This document shows, piece after piece, positions 1 through 12,570 of a stretch of 64,000 nt of DNA (within the stretch, counting starts at the first letter, position 1; each line of letters starts with the position of its first letter). The stretch lies in assembly GCF_009914755.1 (NCBI RefSeq), contig NC_060933.1. The stretch is one strand, 5' to 3'. The notes beneath the pieces are model-generated. The model did not search any database. It was not told where the DNA came from and saw only the letters and a list, made by a program, of their open reading frames with translations. Position numbers and translations under genes: made by a program. The DNA is from the human T2T-CHM13v2.0 reference genome, Homo sapiens.

Positions 1-2340
1 GAATCGAATGGAATGCAATGGAATGGAATGGATTCAACAAGAATGGAGTGGAAAGTAATGGAATCAACCCGAGTTGAATGGCATGGAATGGAATGGAATG
101 CAATGGATTGGAATGGAATGGAATGGTACGGAATAGAATGGAATGGAACGAAATGGAATGGAATGGAATGGAATGCAATTGTGTGCAATGGAATGGAATG
201 GAATGGAGTGTAAACGAAGTGAATAGAATCAACCCGAATAGAATGGAATGTAATGGAATGGAAAGGAATGGAATGGAATGGAATGGAATGGAATCAACTC
301 GAGTGGAATGGAATGGAATGGATTGGAATGGAATGCAATGGAATTGAATGGAATCATTCCGAGTGGAATGGAAGGGAATGTTATCCAGTGGAATGGAAAG
401 GAATGGAATCAACCGGAATGAAATGGCGTGGAATGGAATCAACCCGAGTGGAATGGCATGGAATGGAATGGAATGGAAAGGAGTGGAATGGTACGGATTA
501 GAATGAAATGGAACGAAATGGACTGGAATGGATTCAACCCAATTGGAATGGTAAGGTATGGAATGGAATGGAATAGTGTGGAATGGAATGGAATGGAATG
601 GAGTGTAAAGGAATTGAATAGCGTCAACCCGAATTGAATGGAATGGAATGGAACGGAATGGAATGGAATAGAATGTAATGGAATCAACCCGAGTGCAGGG
701 GAATGGAATGGAATGGAATGGAAAGGAATGCAATGGAATGGAATGGAATCATTCCGAGTGGAATGGAAGTCAATGTAATCGAGTGGAATGGAAAGGAATG
801 GAATCAACCCGAGTTCAGTGGAATGGAATGGAATGGAATGGAATAGAATGGAATGGAATGGAATGGAATGGAATGGAGTCTACCAGAAAGGAATGGAATG
901 GAATGGAATGGAATGGAATGGAATGGGATGTACCCGAATGGAAAGGAATGGAATAGAATCGTATGGCGTGGAATGGAATGAAACGGAATAGAATGGAATG
1001 GAATCAAATCGCATGGAATGGAATGGAACTGAATCAAACAGAGTGGAATGGAATGGAATGGAATGGAATGGAATGGAATGGAATGGAATGAAGTCATCCC
1101 GAATGGAATGGAGTCGAATGGAATGGAATGGAATGGAATGGATTCAACCCGAATGCAGTGGAAAGGAATGGAATCAACCAGAGTGCAATGGCACGGAATG
1201 GAATGTAATGCAATGGAATGGAATGGAATGGAATGGTACTGAATAGAATGGAATGGAACGAAATGGAATGGAATGGAATGGAATGGAATGGAATGGAATC
1301 ATTCCGAGTGGAATAGACGGGAATGTATTCGAGTGGAATGGAAAGGAATGGAATCAACCCGAGTGGAATGGAAGGGAATGGAATGGAATGGAAAGGAAAA
1401 GAATGGAATCAACCCGAGTGGAGTGGAATGGAAAGGAATGAAATGGAATGGAATGGAATGGAATGGAATCAACTCGAGTGCAATGGAATGGAATGGAAAG
1501 GAATGGAATGGAATGGAATGGAATGGAATGGAATGGAATGGAATGGAATGGAATCAACCCGAATACAATGGAATGAAATGGAATCAACCCGAATGGAATG
1601 GCATGGAATGGAAAGGAATGGAATGGAATGGAATGGTACGTAATAGAATGGAATGGAACGAAATGCAATGGAATGGATTCAACCCGATTGGAATGGAATG
1701 GAATGGAATGGAATGAAATGGAATTGTGTGGAATTGAATAGAATGGAATGGAGTGTAAAGGAATTGAATAGAATCAACCCGAATTGAATGGAAAGGAATG
1801 GAATGGAACGGAATGGAATGGAATGGAATGGAATGGAATGGAATGGAATGGAATGGAACGGAATCAACTCGAGTGGAATGGAATGGAATGGAATAGATTG
1901 GAATGGAATGCAATGGAAGGGAATGGAAGGGAATGGAACCGAATGGAATCATTCCGAGTGGAATGGAAGGGAATAGAATCAAGTGGAATGGAAAGGAATG
2001 GAATCAACCCTAGTGGAATGGAAGGGAATGGAATGGAATGGAAAGGAATGGAGTGGAATCAACCCGAGTGGAATGGAATGGAAATGAATGGAAAGGAAAG
2101 GAATGCAATGGAATGGAATGGAATGGAATGGAATGGAATAGAATCAACCCGAGAGCAATGGTATGGAATGGAATGGAATGGAATGGAATGGAATCAACCC
2201 GAATGGAATGGAATGGAAAGGAATCAACCCGAGTGGAATGGCATGGAATGGAATGGAATGGAATGGAACGGAATGGTACGGAATAGAATGGAATGGAACG
2301 AAATGGAATGGAATGGATTCAACCCAATTGGAGTGGAATG
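1..2340 (+). repeat. Module A+B copy (paralogous to ~44288-46410 and ~51697-54080)
   Basis: Shared rare words in the same order: GTTATCCAGT (380/44677/52121), GGTAAGGTATGG (~550/44847/52291), AATAGCGTCAAC (~617/44914/52358), GAAGTCAATGTAATC (~766/45028/52477), GGAAATGAATGGAAAGGAAAGG (~2080/46382/53796). Confidence 0.85.
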
Positions 2341-3069
2341 GAATGGAATGGAATGGAATGGATTGGAATGGAATGCAATGGAATGGAATGCAATGGAATG
2401 GAATCATTCCGAGGGGAATGGAAGGGAAAGTAATCGAGTGGAATGGAAAGGAATGGAATCAACCCGAGTGCAATGTAATGTAATGTAATGGAATGGAATG
2501 GAATGGAATGGAATGGAATGGAATGGAATCTACCAGAATGGAATGGAATGGAATGGAATGGAATGGAATGGAATGGAATGGAATGTACCCGAGTGGAATG
2601 GAATGTAATGGAATCGTATGGCGTGGAATGGAATGAAATGGAATAGAATGGAATGGAATCAAATCGCGTGGAATGGAATGGAATGGAACTGAATCTAACA
2701 GAGTGGAATGGAATGGAATGGAATGGAATGGAATGGAATCACCCCGAATGGAATGGAATGGAATGAAATGGAATGGAATGGAATGGAATGGAATGGAATG
2801 GAATGGAATGAAATGGAATGGAATGGAATGGAATCAACCCGAGTGCAATTGAATGGAATGGAATAGAATGGAATGGAATGGAATGGAATGGAATGGAATG
2901 GAATGCATTCAACCCGAATGGAGTGGAAAGAATGGAATCATCCCGAGTGCAATGGCATGGAATGGAATGGAATGCAATGGAATGGAATGGAATGGAATGG
3001 AATGGAATGGTACGGAATGGAATGGAATGGAAGGAAATGGAATGGAATGGAATGGAATGGAATGGAATG

Positions 3070-4660
3070 GAATGGAATGCAATCATTCCGAGTTGAATAG
3101 AAGGGAATGTATTCGAGTGGAATGGAAAGCAATGGAATCACCCCGAGTGGAATGCAAGGGAATGGAATGGAATGGAAAAGAATAGAATGGAATCAACTAG
3201 AGTGGAATGGAATGGAAAGGAAAGGAATGGAATGGAATGGAATGGAATGGAATGAAATGGAATCAACTCGAATGCAATGGAATGGAATGGAGTGGAATGG
3301 AATGGAATGGAATCAACCCGAATAGAATGGAATGAATTGGAATCAACCCCAGTGGAATGGCATGGAATGGAAAGGAATGGAATGGAATTGAATGGTACGG
3401 AATAGAATGGAATGGAACGAAATGGAATGAAATTGATTCAACCCTACTGGAATGGAATGGAATGGAATGGAATTTAATAGAATGGAATGGAATGGAATGG
3501 AATGGAATGGAATGGAATGGAATGCAATGGAATCAACCCGAGTGCAATTGAATGGAATGGAACGAAATGGAATGAAATGGATTCAACCCAAATGGAATGG
3601 AATGGAATGAAACGGAATTGTGCGGAATGGAATGGAATGGAATGGAATGGAATGGAATGGAATGGAATGGAATGGAATCTACCGGAAAGGAATGGAATGG
3701 AATGGAATGGAATGGAATGGAATGGAATGGAATGTACCCGAATGGAATGGAATGGAATGGAATGGAATGGAATTGTATGGCGTGGAATGGAATTGTATGG
3801 CGTGGAATGGAATGAAACGGAATAGAATGGAATGGAATCAAATCACATGGAATGGAATGGAATGGAATTGAATCAAACCGAGTGGAATGGAATGGAATGG
3901 AATGGAATGGAATGGAATCATCCCGAATGGAATGGAGTGGAATGGAATGGAATGGAATGGAATGGAATGTAGTGGAATGGAATGGAATCAACCCGAGTGC
4001 AATGGAATGGAATGGAACGGAATGGAATGGAATATAATCAACCCGAATGGAATGGAATGGAAAGGAATCAACCCGAGTGGAATGGCATGGAATGGAATGG
4101 AATGGAATGGAATGGAATGGAATGGAATGGAATGGAGAAGAATAGAATGGAATGGAACGAAATGGAATGGAATGGATTCAACCCTATTGGAATGGAATGG
4201 AATGGAATGGAATGGACTGGAATGGAATGCAATGGAATGGTATGGAATGGAATGGAATGGTATCATTCCGAGTGGAATGGAAGGGAATGCAATCGAGTGG
4301 AATGGAAAGGGATGGAATCAACCCGAGTGCAATGTAATGTAATGTAATGTAATGGAATGGAATGGAATGGAATGCAATCATTCCGAGTGGAATGGAAGGG
4401 AATGTAATCGAGTGGAATGGAAAGGATTGGAATCAACCCGAGTGCAATGGAATGGAATGGAATGGAATGGAATGGAATCTACCTGAATGGAATGGAATGG
4501 AATGGAATGGAATGGAATGGAATGGAATAGAACGGAATGGGATGTACCCGAGTGGAATGTAATGTAATGGAATTGTATGGCGTGGAATGGAATGAAACGG
4601 AATAGAATGGAATGGAATCAAATCGCGTGGAATGGAATGGAATGGAACTGAATCAAGCAG
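3070..4660 (+). repeat. Module C, most diverged copy (paralogues at ~29265, ~31725, ~36440 partial, ~47795, ~54140)
   Basis: Landmarks: TCATTCCGAGTTGAATAG, AAATCACATGG (TCACAT at 3843), TATAATCAACC (4033; paralogues 30207, 32610, 37196, 48661, 55030), CAACCCTATTGG and a TGTAA run. Confidence 0.8.
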
Positions 4661-6599
4661 AGTGGAATGGAATGGAATGGAATGGAATGGAATCATTCCG
4701 AGTGGAATAGAAGGGAATGTAATCGAGTGGAATGGAAAGGAATGGAATCAACCCGAGTGGAATGGAATGCAATGGAAAGGAATGGAATGGAATCAACCCG
4801 ACTGGAATGGAATGGAAAGGAATGGAATGGAATGGAATGGAATGGAATGGAATGGAATGGAATGGAAACAACTCGAGTGCAATGGAATGGAACGGAATGG
4901 AATGGAATGGTACGGAATACAATGGAATGGAACGAAATGAAATGGAATGGATTCAAACCAATTGGAATGGAATGGAATGGAATTGAATGGAATTGTGTGG
5001 AATGGAATGGAATGGAATGGAGTGTAAAGAATTGAATAGAATCAACCCGAATGTAATGGAATGGATTGGAATGGAATGCATTGGAATGGAATGGAATCAT
5101 TCCGAGTGGAATGGAAGGGAATGTAATCGAGTGGAATGGAAAGTAATGGAATCAACCCGAGTGGAATGGAAGGGAATGGAATGGAATGGAAAGGAATGGA
5201 ATGGAATCCACACGAGTGGAATGGAATGGAATGGAATGGAATGGAATGGAATGGAATGGAATCAACCAGAATGGAATGGAATGGATTGGAATAGAATGGG
5301 TTGGTTTGGAATGCAACGGAATCAAAAAGAGTGGAATGGAAGGGAATGGAATGGTATCAACAGGAGAGGAATGGAACGGAATGGAATGGAAAGGAATGGA
5401 ATGGTATGGAATAAACACGAGTGGAATGGAATGGATTGGTAAGGAATGGAATGGATTGGAATGGAACAGAAGGGAATGAAATGAACACGAGTGCAATGGA
5501 ATGGAATAGAATGGAATGGAGTGGAATTAACCCGAATGGAGTGGAATCAACCCGAATGGAATGGAGTGGAATCAACCCGAATGGAATAGAGTGGAATGGA
5601 ATCAACCCAAGTGGAATGGCACGGAATGGAATGGAAAGGAATGGAATGAAATGGAATGGAAAGGAATGGAATGGAATCAACCCGAGTGCAATGGAATGGA
5701 ATGGAATGGAATATCTACCAGAATGGAATGGAATGGAATGGAATGGAATCGAATCAACCGGATTGGAATGGAAGGGAATGGAATGCTGTGGAATGGAATG
5801 GAATGGAATGGCGTGGAATGGAATGGAATGGAATGGAATCCACCCGAGTGCAATGGAATGGAATGGATTGGAATGGAATGGAATGGAATAGAATGGAATC
5901 AACCGCAATAGAATGGAATGGAATGGAATCAACCCGAGTGGAATGGAATGGAATCGAATGGAATGGAATGGAATTTACTGGAATGGAATATATTGAAATG
6001 GAATGGATTGGAATAAACCCAAACGGAATGGAATGGAATGGAATTGAATGGAATGGAATCATTCCGAGTGGAATAGCAGGGAATGTAATGGAGTGCAATG
6101 GAAAGGAATGGAATCAACACGAGTGGAATGGAATGGAATGGAATGGATTGGAATGGAATTCAATGCAATGGAATTTAATGGAATCAAATGGAATGGAATG
6201 GATTGGAAGGGAATGGAATGGAATGAACCACAGTGGAATGGAATGGAATGGATTGGCATGGAATGGAATGGAATGGAATGGAATTGTATGGAATCAACTG
6301 GAATGGAATTGAATGGGATGAAATTAAATGGAATGGAATGGAATTCAATGGAATGGAATCCACCCAAGTGGAATGGAATGGAATGGATTGGAATGGAATG
6401 TAATGGAATGGAATGGAATGGATTGGAATGGAATAGAATCATTCCGAGTGGAATGGAAGGGAATGTAATCGAGTGGAATGGAAAGGAATGGAATCAACAC
6501 GAGTGGAATGGAAGGGAATGGAATGGAATGGAAAGGAATGGAGTGGAATAAATCCGAGTGGAATGGAATGGAATGGAATGGAATGGAATGGAATGGAAT

Positions 6600-7220
6600 C
6601 AACCCGAATGGAATGGCATAGAATGGAATGGAATGGAATAGTACGGAATAGAATGGAATGGAACGAAAGGGAATGGAATGGATTCAACCAAATTGGAATG
6701 CATTGGAATGGAATGGAATTGTGTGGAATGGAATTGAATGGAATGTAGTGTAAAGGAATTGAATAGAATCAACCAGAATGGAATGAAAAGGAATGTAATG
6801 CAATGGAATGGAATGGAATGGAATGGAATGGAATGGAATGGAATGGAATGGAATCATCCCGAGTGGAATGGAAGGGAATGTATTCGAGTGGAATGGAAAG
6901 GAATGGAATCAACCCGAGTGGAATGGAAGGAAATGGAATAGAATGGAAAGGAATAGAATGGAATCAACCGGAGTGGAATGGAATGGAAAGGAATGGAATG
7001 GAATGGAATGAATGGAATGTAATCAACCCGAGTGCAATGGAAAGGAATGGAATTGAATGGAATGCTAAGGAATAGAATGTAATGGAACAAAATGGAACGG
7101 AATGGATTCACCCCAATTGGAATGGAATGGAATGGAATGGAATTGTTTGGAATGGAATGGAATTGTTTCGAATGGAATGGATTGGAATGGAGTGTAAAGG
7201 AATTGAATAGAATCAACCCG
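6600..7220 (+). repeat. Dispersed ~0.6 kb block, 4 copies (also ~26490-27170, ~35320-35930, ~39920-40560)
   Basis: TGCTAAGG at 7063, 27007, 35761 and 40391, each with GAACGAAAGGG, GAATGTAGTGTAAAGG, GAATGAAAAGG, TTCACCCCAA and TTGTTTCGAA in the same order. Confidence 0.85.
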
Positions 7221-8019
7221 AATGGAACGGAATAGAACAGAATGCAATGGAATGGAATGGAATGGAATGGAATGGTACGGAATAGAATGGAATGGAACGA
7301 AATGGAATGGAATGGATTCAACCGAATTGGAATGGAATGGAATGGAATGGAATGGAATGGAATTGTGTGGAATGGAATGGAATGGAATGGAATGTAAAGA
7401 CATGAATAGAATCAACCCGAATGGAATCGAATGGAATGGAATGGAATGGAATGGAATGCAATGGAATGCAATGGAATGCAATGGAATGGAATGGAATGGA
7501 ATGGAATGGAATGGAATGGAATGGTACAGAATAGAATGGAATGGAACGAAATGGAATGGAATGGATTCAACCCAATTGGAATGGAATGGAAAGGAATGGA
7601 ATGGAATGGAATGGAATGGAATGGAATGGAATGGAATTGTGTGGAATGGAATGGAATGCAGTGGAGTGTAAAGACTTGAATAGAATCAACCCGAATGGAA
7701 ACGAATGGAATGTAATGGAATGGTATGGAATGGAATGCAATGGAATGGAATGGAATGGAACCAACTCGAGTGGAATGGAATGGTATGGAGTGGATTGGAA
7801 TGGAATGTAATGGAATGGAAGGGAATCATTCCGAGTGGAATGGAAGGGAATGTAATCGAGTGGAATGGAAAGGAATGGAATCAACACGAGTGGAATGGAA
7901 GGGAATGGAATGAAATGGAAAGGAATGGAATGGAATCAACCCGAGTGGAATGGAATGGAATGGAATGGAATGTACACGAATGGAATGGAATGGAATGGAA
8001 TGTATACGAATGGAATGGA

Positions 8020-9030
8020 ATGGAAACAAATCGTGTGGAATGGAATGGAATGGAACTGAATCAAACAGAGTGGAATTGAATGGAATGGAAGGGAATGGAA
8101 TGGAATCATCCCGAATGGAATGGAGCGGAATGGAATGGAATGGAATGGAATGGAATGGAATGGAATGGAATCAAACTGAGTGCAATGGAATGGAATCGAA
8201 TGGAATGGAATGGAATGGAATGGATTCAACCCGAATGGAATGGAAAGGAATGGAATCAACCCGAGTGGAATGGCATGGAATGGAATAGAATGGAAAGGAA
8301 TGGAATGGAATGGTACGGAATAGAATGGAATGGAACGAAATGGAACGGAATGGAATGGAATGGAATGGAATGGAATGGAATGGATTGGAATGGAATGCAA
8401 TGGAATGGAATGGAATGGAATGGAATCATTCCGACTGGAATGGAAGGGAATGTATTCGAGTGGAATGGAAAGGAATGGAATTAACCCGAGTGGAATGGAA
8501 ATAAATGGAATGGAATGGAATGTACCCGAAAGGAATGGCATGGAATAGAATCGTATGGCGTGGAATGGAATGAAACGGAATAGAATGGAATGGAATCAAA
8601 TCGCCTGGAATGGAATGGAATGGAACTGAATCAAACAGAGTGGAATGGAATGTAAGGGAATGGAATGGAATCATCCCGAATGGAATGGAGCGGAATGGAA
8701 TGGAATGGAATGGAATGGAATGGAATGGAATGGAATGGAATCAAACTGAGTGCAATGGAATGGAATCGAATGGAATGGAATGGAATGCATTCAACCCGAA
8801 TGGAATGGAAAGGAATGGAATCAACCCGAGTGGAATGGCATGGAATGGAATAGAATGGAAAGGAATGCAATGGAATGGTACGGAATAGAATGGAATGGAA
8901 CGAAATGCAATGGAGTGGAATGGAATGGAATGGAACGGAATGGAATTGACTGGAATCATTCCGAGTGGAATAGAAGGGAATGCATTCGAGTGGAATGGAA
9001 CAGAATGGAATCAACCCGAGTGGAAAGGAA
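8020..9030 (+). repeat. ~570 bp tandem duplication
   Basis: TCAAACTGAGTGCAATGGAATGGAATCGAA at 8171 and 8741; TGGAGCGGAA at 8121 and 8686. Confidence 0.75.
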
Positions 9031-9830
9031 GGGAATGGAATGGAATGGAAAAGAATAGAATGGAATAAACCAGAGTGGAATGGAATGGAAAGGAATGGAA
9101 TGGAATGGAATAGAATGGAATGGAATGGAATGGAATCAACTCGAATGCAATTGAATGGAATGGAATGGAAAGGAATGGAATGGAATGGAATGGAATGGAA
9201 TGGAATGGAATGGAATCAACCCGAATAGAATGGAATGCAATGGAATCAACCCGAGTGGAATGGCATGGAATGGAAAGGAATGGAATGGAATTGAATGGTA
9301 CGGAATAGAATGGAATGGAACGAAATGGAATGAAATTGATTCAACCCAATTGGAATGGAATGGAATGGAATGGAATGGAATGGAATGGAATGGAATGGAA
9401 TCAACTCGAGTGGAATGGAATGGAATGGAATGGATTGGAATGGAATGCAATGGAATGGAAAAGAATCATACCGAGTGGAATGGAAGGGAATGTAATCAAG
9501 TGGAATGGAAAGGAATGGAATCAACCCGAGTGGAATGGAATGGAATGGAATGGAATGGAAACGAATGGAATGTAATGGAATGGAATCAACCCAAATAGAA
9601 TGGAATGGAATGGAATCAACCCGAGTGGAATGGCATGGAATGGAATGAAATGGAATGGAATGGAATGGTACGGAATAGAAAGGACTGGAACGAAACGGAC
9701 TAGAATGGATTCAACACACTTGGAATGGAATGGAATGGAATGGAGTGTAAAGAAATTGAATAGAATCAACCCGAAAGGAATGGGATGGAATGGAATGGAG
9801 CGGATGGGAATGGAATGGAATGGACTGGAC

Positions 9831-10060
9831 TGGAATCAACTCGAGTGGAATGGAATGGAATGGAATGGAATGCATTGCAATGGAATGGAATGGAATGGAA
9901 TGGAATGGTATCATTCTGAGTGGAATGGAAGGGAATGTAATGGAATGGAATGGAATCAACTCGAGTGGAATGGAATGGAATGGAATGGAATGCATTGCAA
10001 TGGAATGGAATGGAACGGAATGGTATCATTCTGAATGGAATGGAAGGGAATGTAATAGAG
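9831..10060 (+). repeat. 120 bp tandem duplication
   Basis: TGCATTGCAA at 9871 and 9991, each preceded by TCAACTCGAG and followed by GGTATCATTCTGA. Confidence 0.85.
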
Positions 10061-10489
10061 TGGAATGGAAACGAATAGAATCAACCCGAGTGGAAGGGAA
10101 GGGAATGGAATGGAATGGAAAGGAAAGGAATGGAATCAACCCGAGTGGAATGGAATGGAATGGAATGGAATGGAACGGAATGGAATGGAATGGAATTGTG
10201 TGTTATGGAATGGAGTGTAAAGGAATTGAATAGAATCTACCCGAATGGCATGAAATGGAATGGAACGGAGTGGATTGGAATGGAATGTAATGGAATGGAA
10301 TGGAACCAACTCGAGTGGAATGGAATGTAATGGAATGGATTGGAATGTAATGCAATGTAAAGGAATGGAATGGAATGGAATGGAACGGAAAGGAAATGAA
10401 TCAACCCGAGTGGAATGGAATGGAAAGGAATGGAATGGAATGGAATGGAATGGAATGGAATGGAATGGAATGGAATGGATTGGAATCAC

Positions 10490-10970
10490 CCTGAGTGCAA
10501 TGGAATGGAATGGAATGAAATGGATTGGAATCGAATGGAATCAACCCGAATGGAATGGAATAGAATGGAATCGAATGGAATGGACTGGAATGAAACGGAA
10601 TACAATGGAATGGAATCAACTCGCGTGGAATGGAATGGAATGGAACTGAATCAAAAAGAGTGGAATGGAATGGAAAGGAATGGAATGGAATGGAATGGAA
10701 TGGAATGAAATGCAATCAACCCGACTAGAGTGGAGTGGAATGGAACCGAATGGAATGCAATGTAAAGCAATGAAATGGAACTGAATGGCATACATTGGAA
10801 TGTAATGGAATGGAATCAAACCTAGTGGAATGGAATGGAATGGAATGGAATGGTAAAAAATGGAATGGAATGGAATGGAATGGAATGGAATAGAATGCAA
10901 TGGAATCAACCCGAATGCAATGGAATGGAATGGAATGGAATGGAATGCCATGGAATCAACCCGAATGCAA
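10490..10970 (+). repeat. Dispersed block (copies ~15110-15580 and ~61040-61370)
   Basis: TCAAAAAGAG at 10651, 15278 and 61117; TGTAAAGCAATGAAATGGAACTG at 10761, 15383 and 61212; AACCTAGTGG at 10819, 15441 and 61270. Confidence 0.8.
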
Positions 10971-11739
10971 TGGAATGGAATGGAATGGAATTGTGTGGAA
11001 TGGAATGGAATGGAATGGAATGGAATGGAATGGAATGGAATGGAGTGTAAAGGAATTCAAGAGAATCAACCCAAATGGAATGGGATGGAATGGAACGGAA
11101 TGGAATGGAACGGAATTTAATGGAAAGGAATGGAATGGAATGGAATGGTATCAAATAGAGTGGAACGGAATGGAATGGAAAGGATTGGAATGGAATGCAA
11201 TGGAATGGAATGGAATCATTCCGAGTGGAATGGAAGGGAATGTAATCGAGTGGAATGGAAAGGAATGGAATCAACCCGAGTGGAATGGAAGGGAAAGGAA
11301 TTGAATGAAAAGGAATGGAATGAAATCAAAACGAGTGGAATGGAAGGGAATGGAATGGAATGAAATGGAATCATCCTGAATCGAATGGAATAGAATGGAA
11401 TGGAATGGAATGGAATGGAATCAACCCGAATAGAATGGAATGGAATGGAATCAACACTAGTTGAATGGCATGGAATGGAATGGATTGGCACGGAATGGAA
11501 TGGAATGGAATGGAATGGAATGGAATGCAACGAAATAGAATGGAATGGAAAGAAATGGAATGGAATGGATTCAACCCAATTGGAAAGGAATAGAATGGAA
11601 TGGAATGGAATCAACTCGAGTGGAATGGCAAGGTATGGAATGGAATGGAATGGAATGGAATGGAACGGAATAGAATGGAAAGGAACGAAATTGAATGGAA
11701 TGGATTCAATCCAATTGGAATGGAATGGAATGGAATGGA

Positions 11740-12570
11740 ATGAAATGGAATACACCCTAATGGAATGGAATGGAATTGAATGGAATGTAATGGAATGGAA
11801 TGGAATCTACACGTATGGAATGGGATGGAATGGAATGGAATGGAATGGCATGGAATTGAATGGAAACTACCCGAATGCAATGGAATGGAATGGAATCGGA
11901 TAGAGTGCAATGGAATGAAATGCCTTGGAATGGAACAGAATGGAATGGAATGGAACAGAATGGAATGGAATGCAATGTAATCAACTGGAGTGGAATGGAA
12001 TGGAATGGAATGGAATTTACTGGAATGGAATATATTGAAATGGAATGGAGTGGATTCAACCCGAGTGGAATGGAATGGAATGGAATGGAATGGAATGGAA
12101 TGGAATGGAATGGAATCAACCCGAATGGCATGGAACGGAATGGAATGGTACGGAATACAATGGAATGGAACGAAATGGAATGGAATGGATTCAACCCAAT
12201 TGGAATGGAATGGAATGGAATGGAAATGTGTGTAATGGAATGGAATGGAATGAAGTGTAAAGGAATTGAAGAGAATCAAGCAGAATGGAATGGAATGGAA
12301 CAGAACGGAACGGAATGGATTGGAACGGAATGGAATGGAATGGAATGGAATGGAATCAACCCGAGATGAATGGAAGGGAATGGAATGGAATGGAAAGAAA
12401 TGGAATGGAATGGATTCAACCCACTTGGAATGGAATGGAATGGAATGGAATAGAATTGTGTGGAATGGAATGGAGTGTAAAGGAATTGCAAACAATAAAC
12501 CCGAATTGAATGGAATGGAATGGAATGGAATGGAATGGAATGGAATGGAATGAAATCAAAATGGAATGGA
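11740..12570 (+). repeat. Block whose 5' part recurs at ~13480-13810 and whose 3' part recurs at ~14600-15060
   Basis: TGCCTTGG at 11921/13657 and TTTACTGG at 12016/13752 (offset 1736); TCAAGCAGAA at 12276/14767 and CCGAGATGAA at 12361/14852 (offset 2491). Confidence 0.8.
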
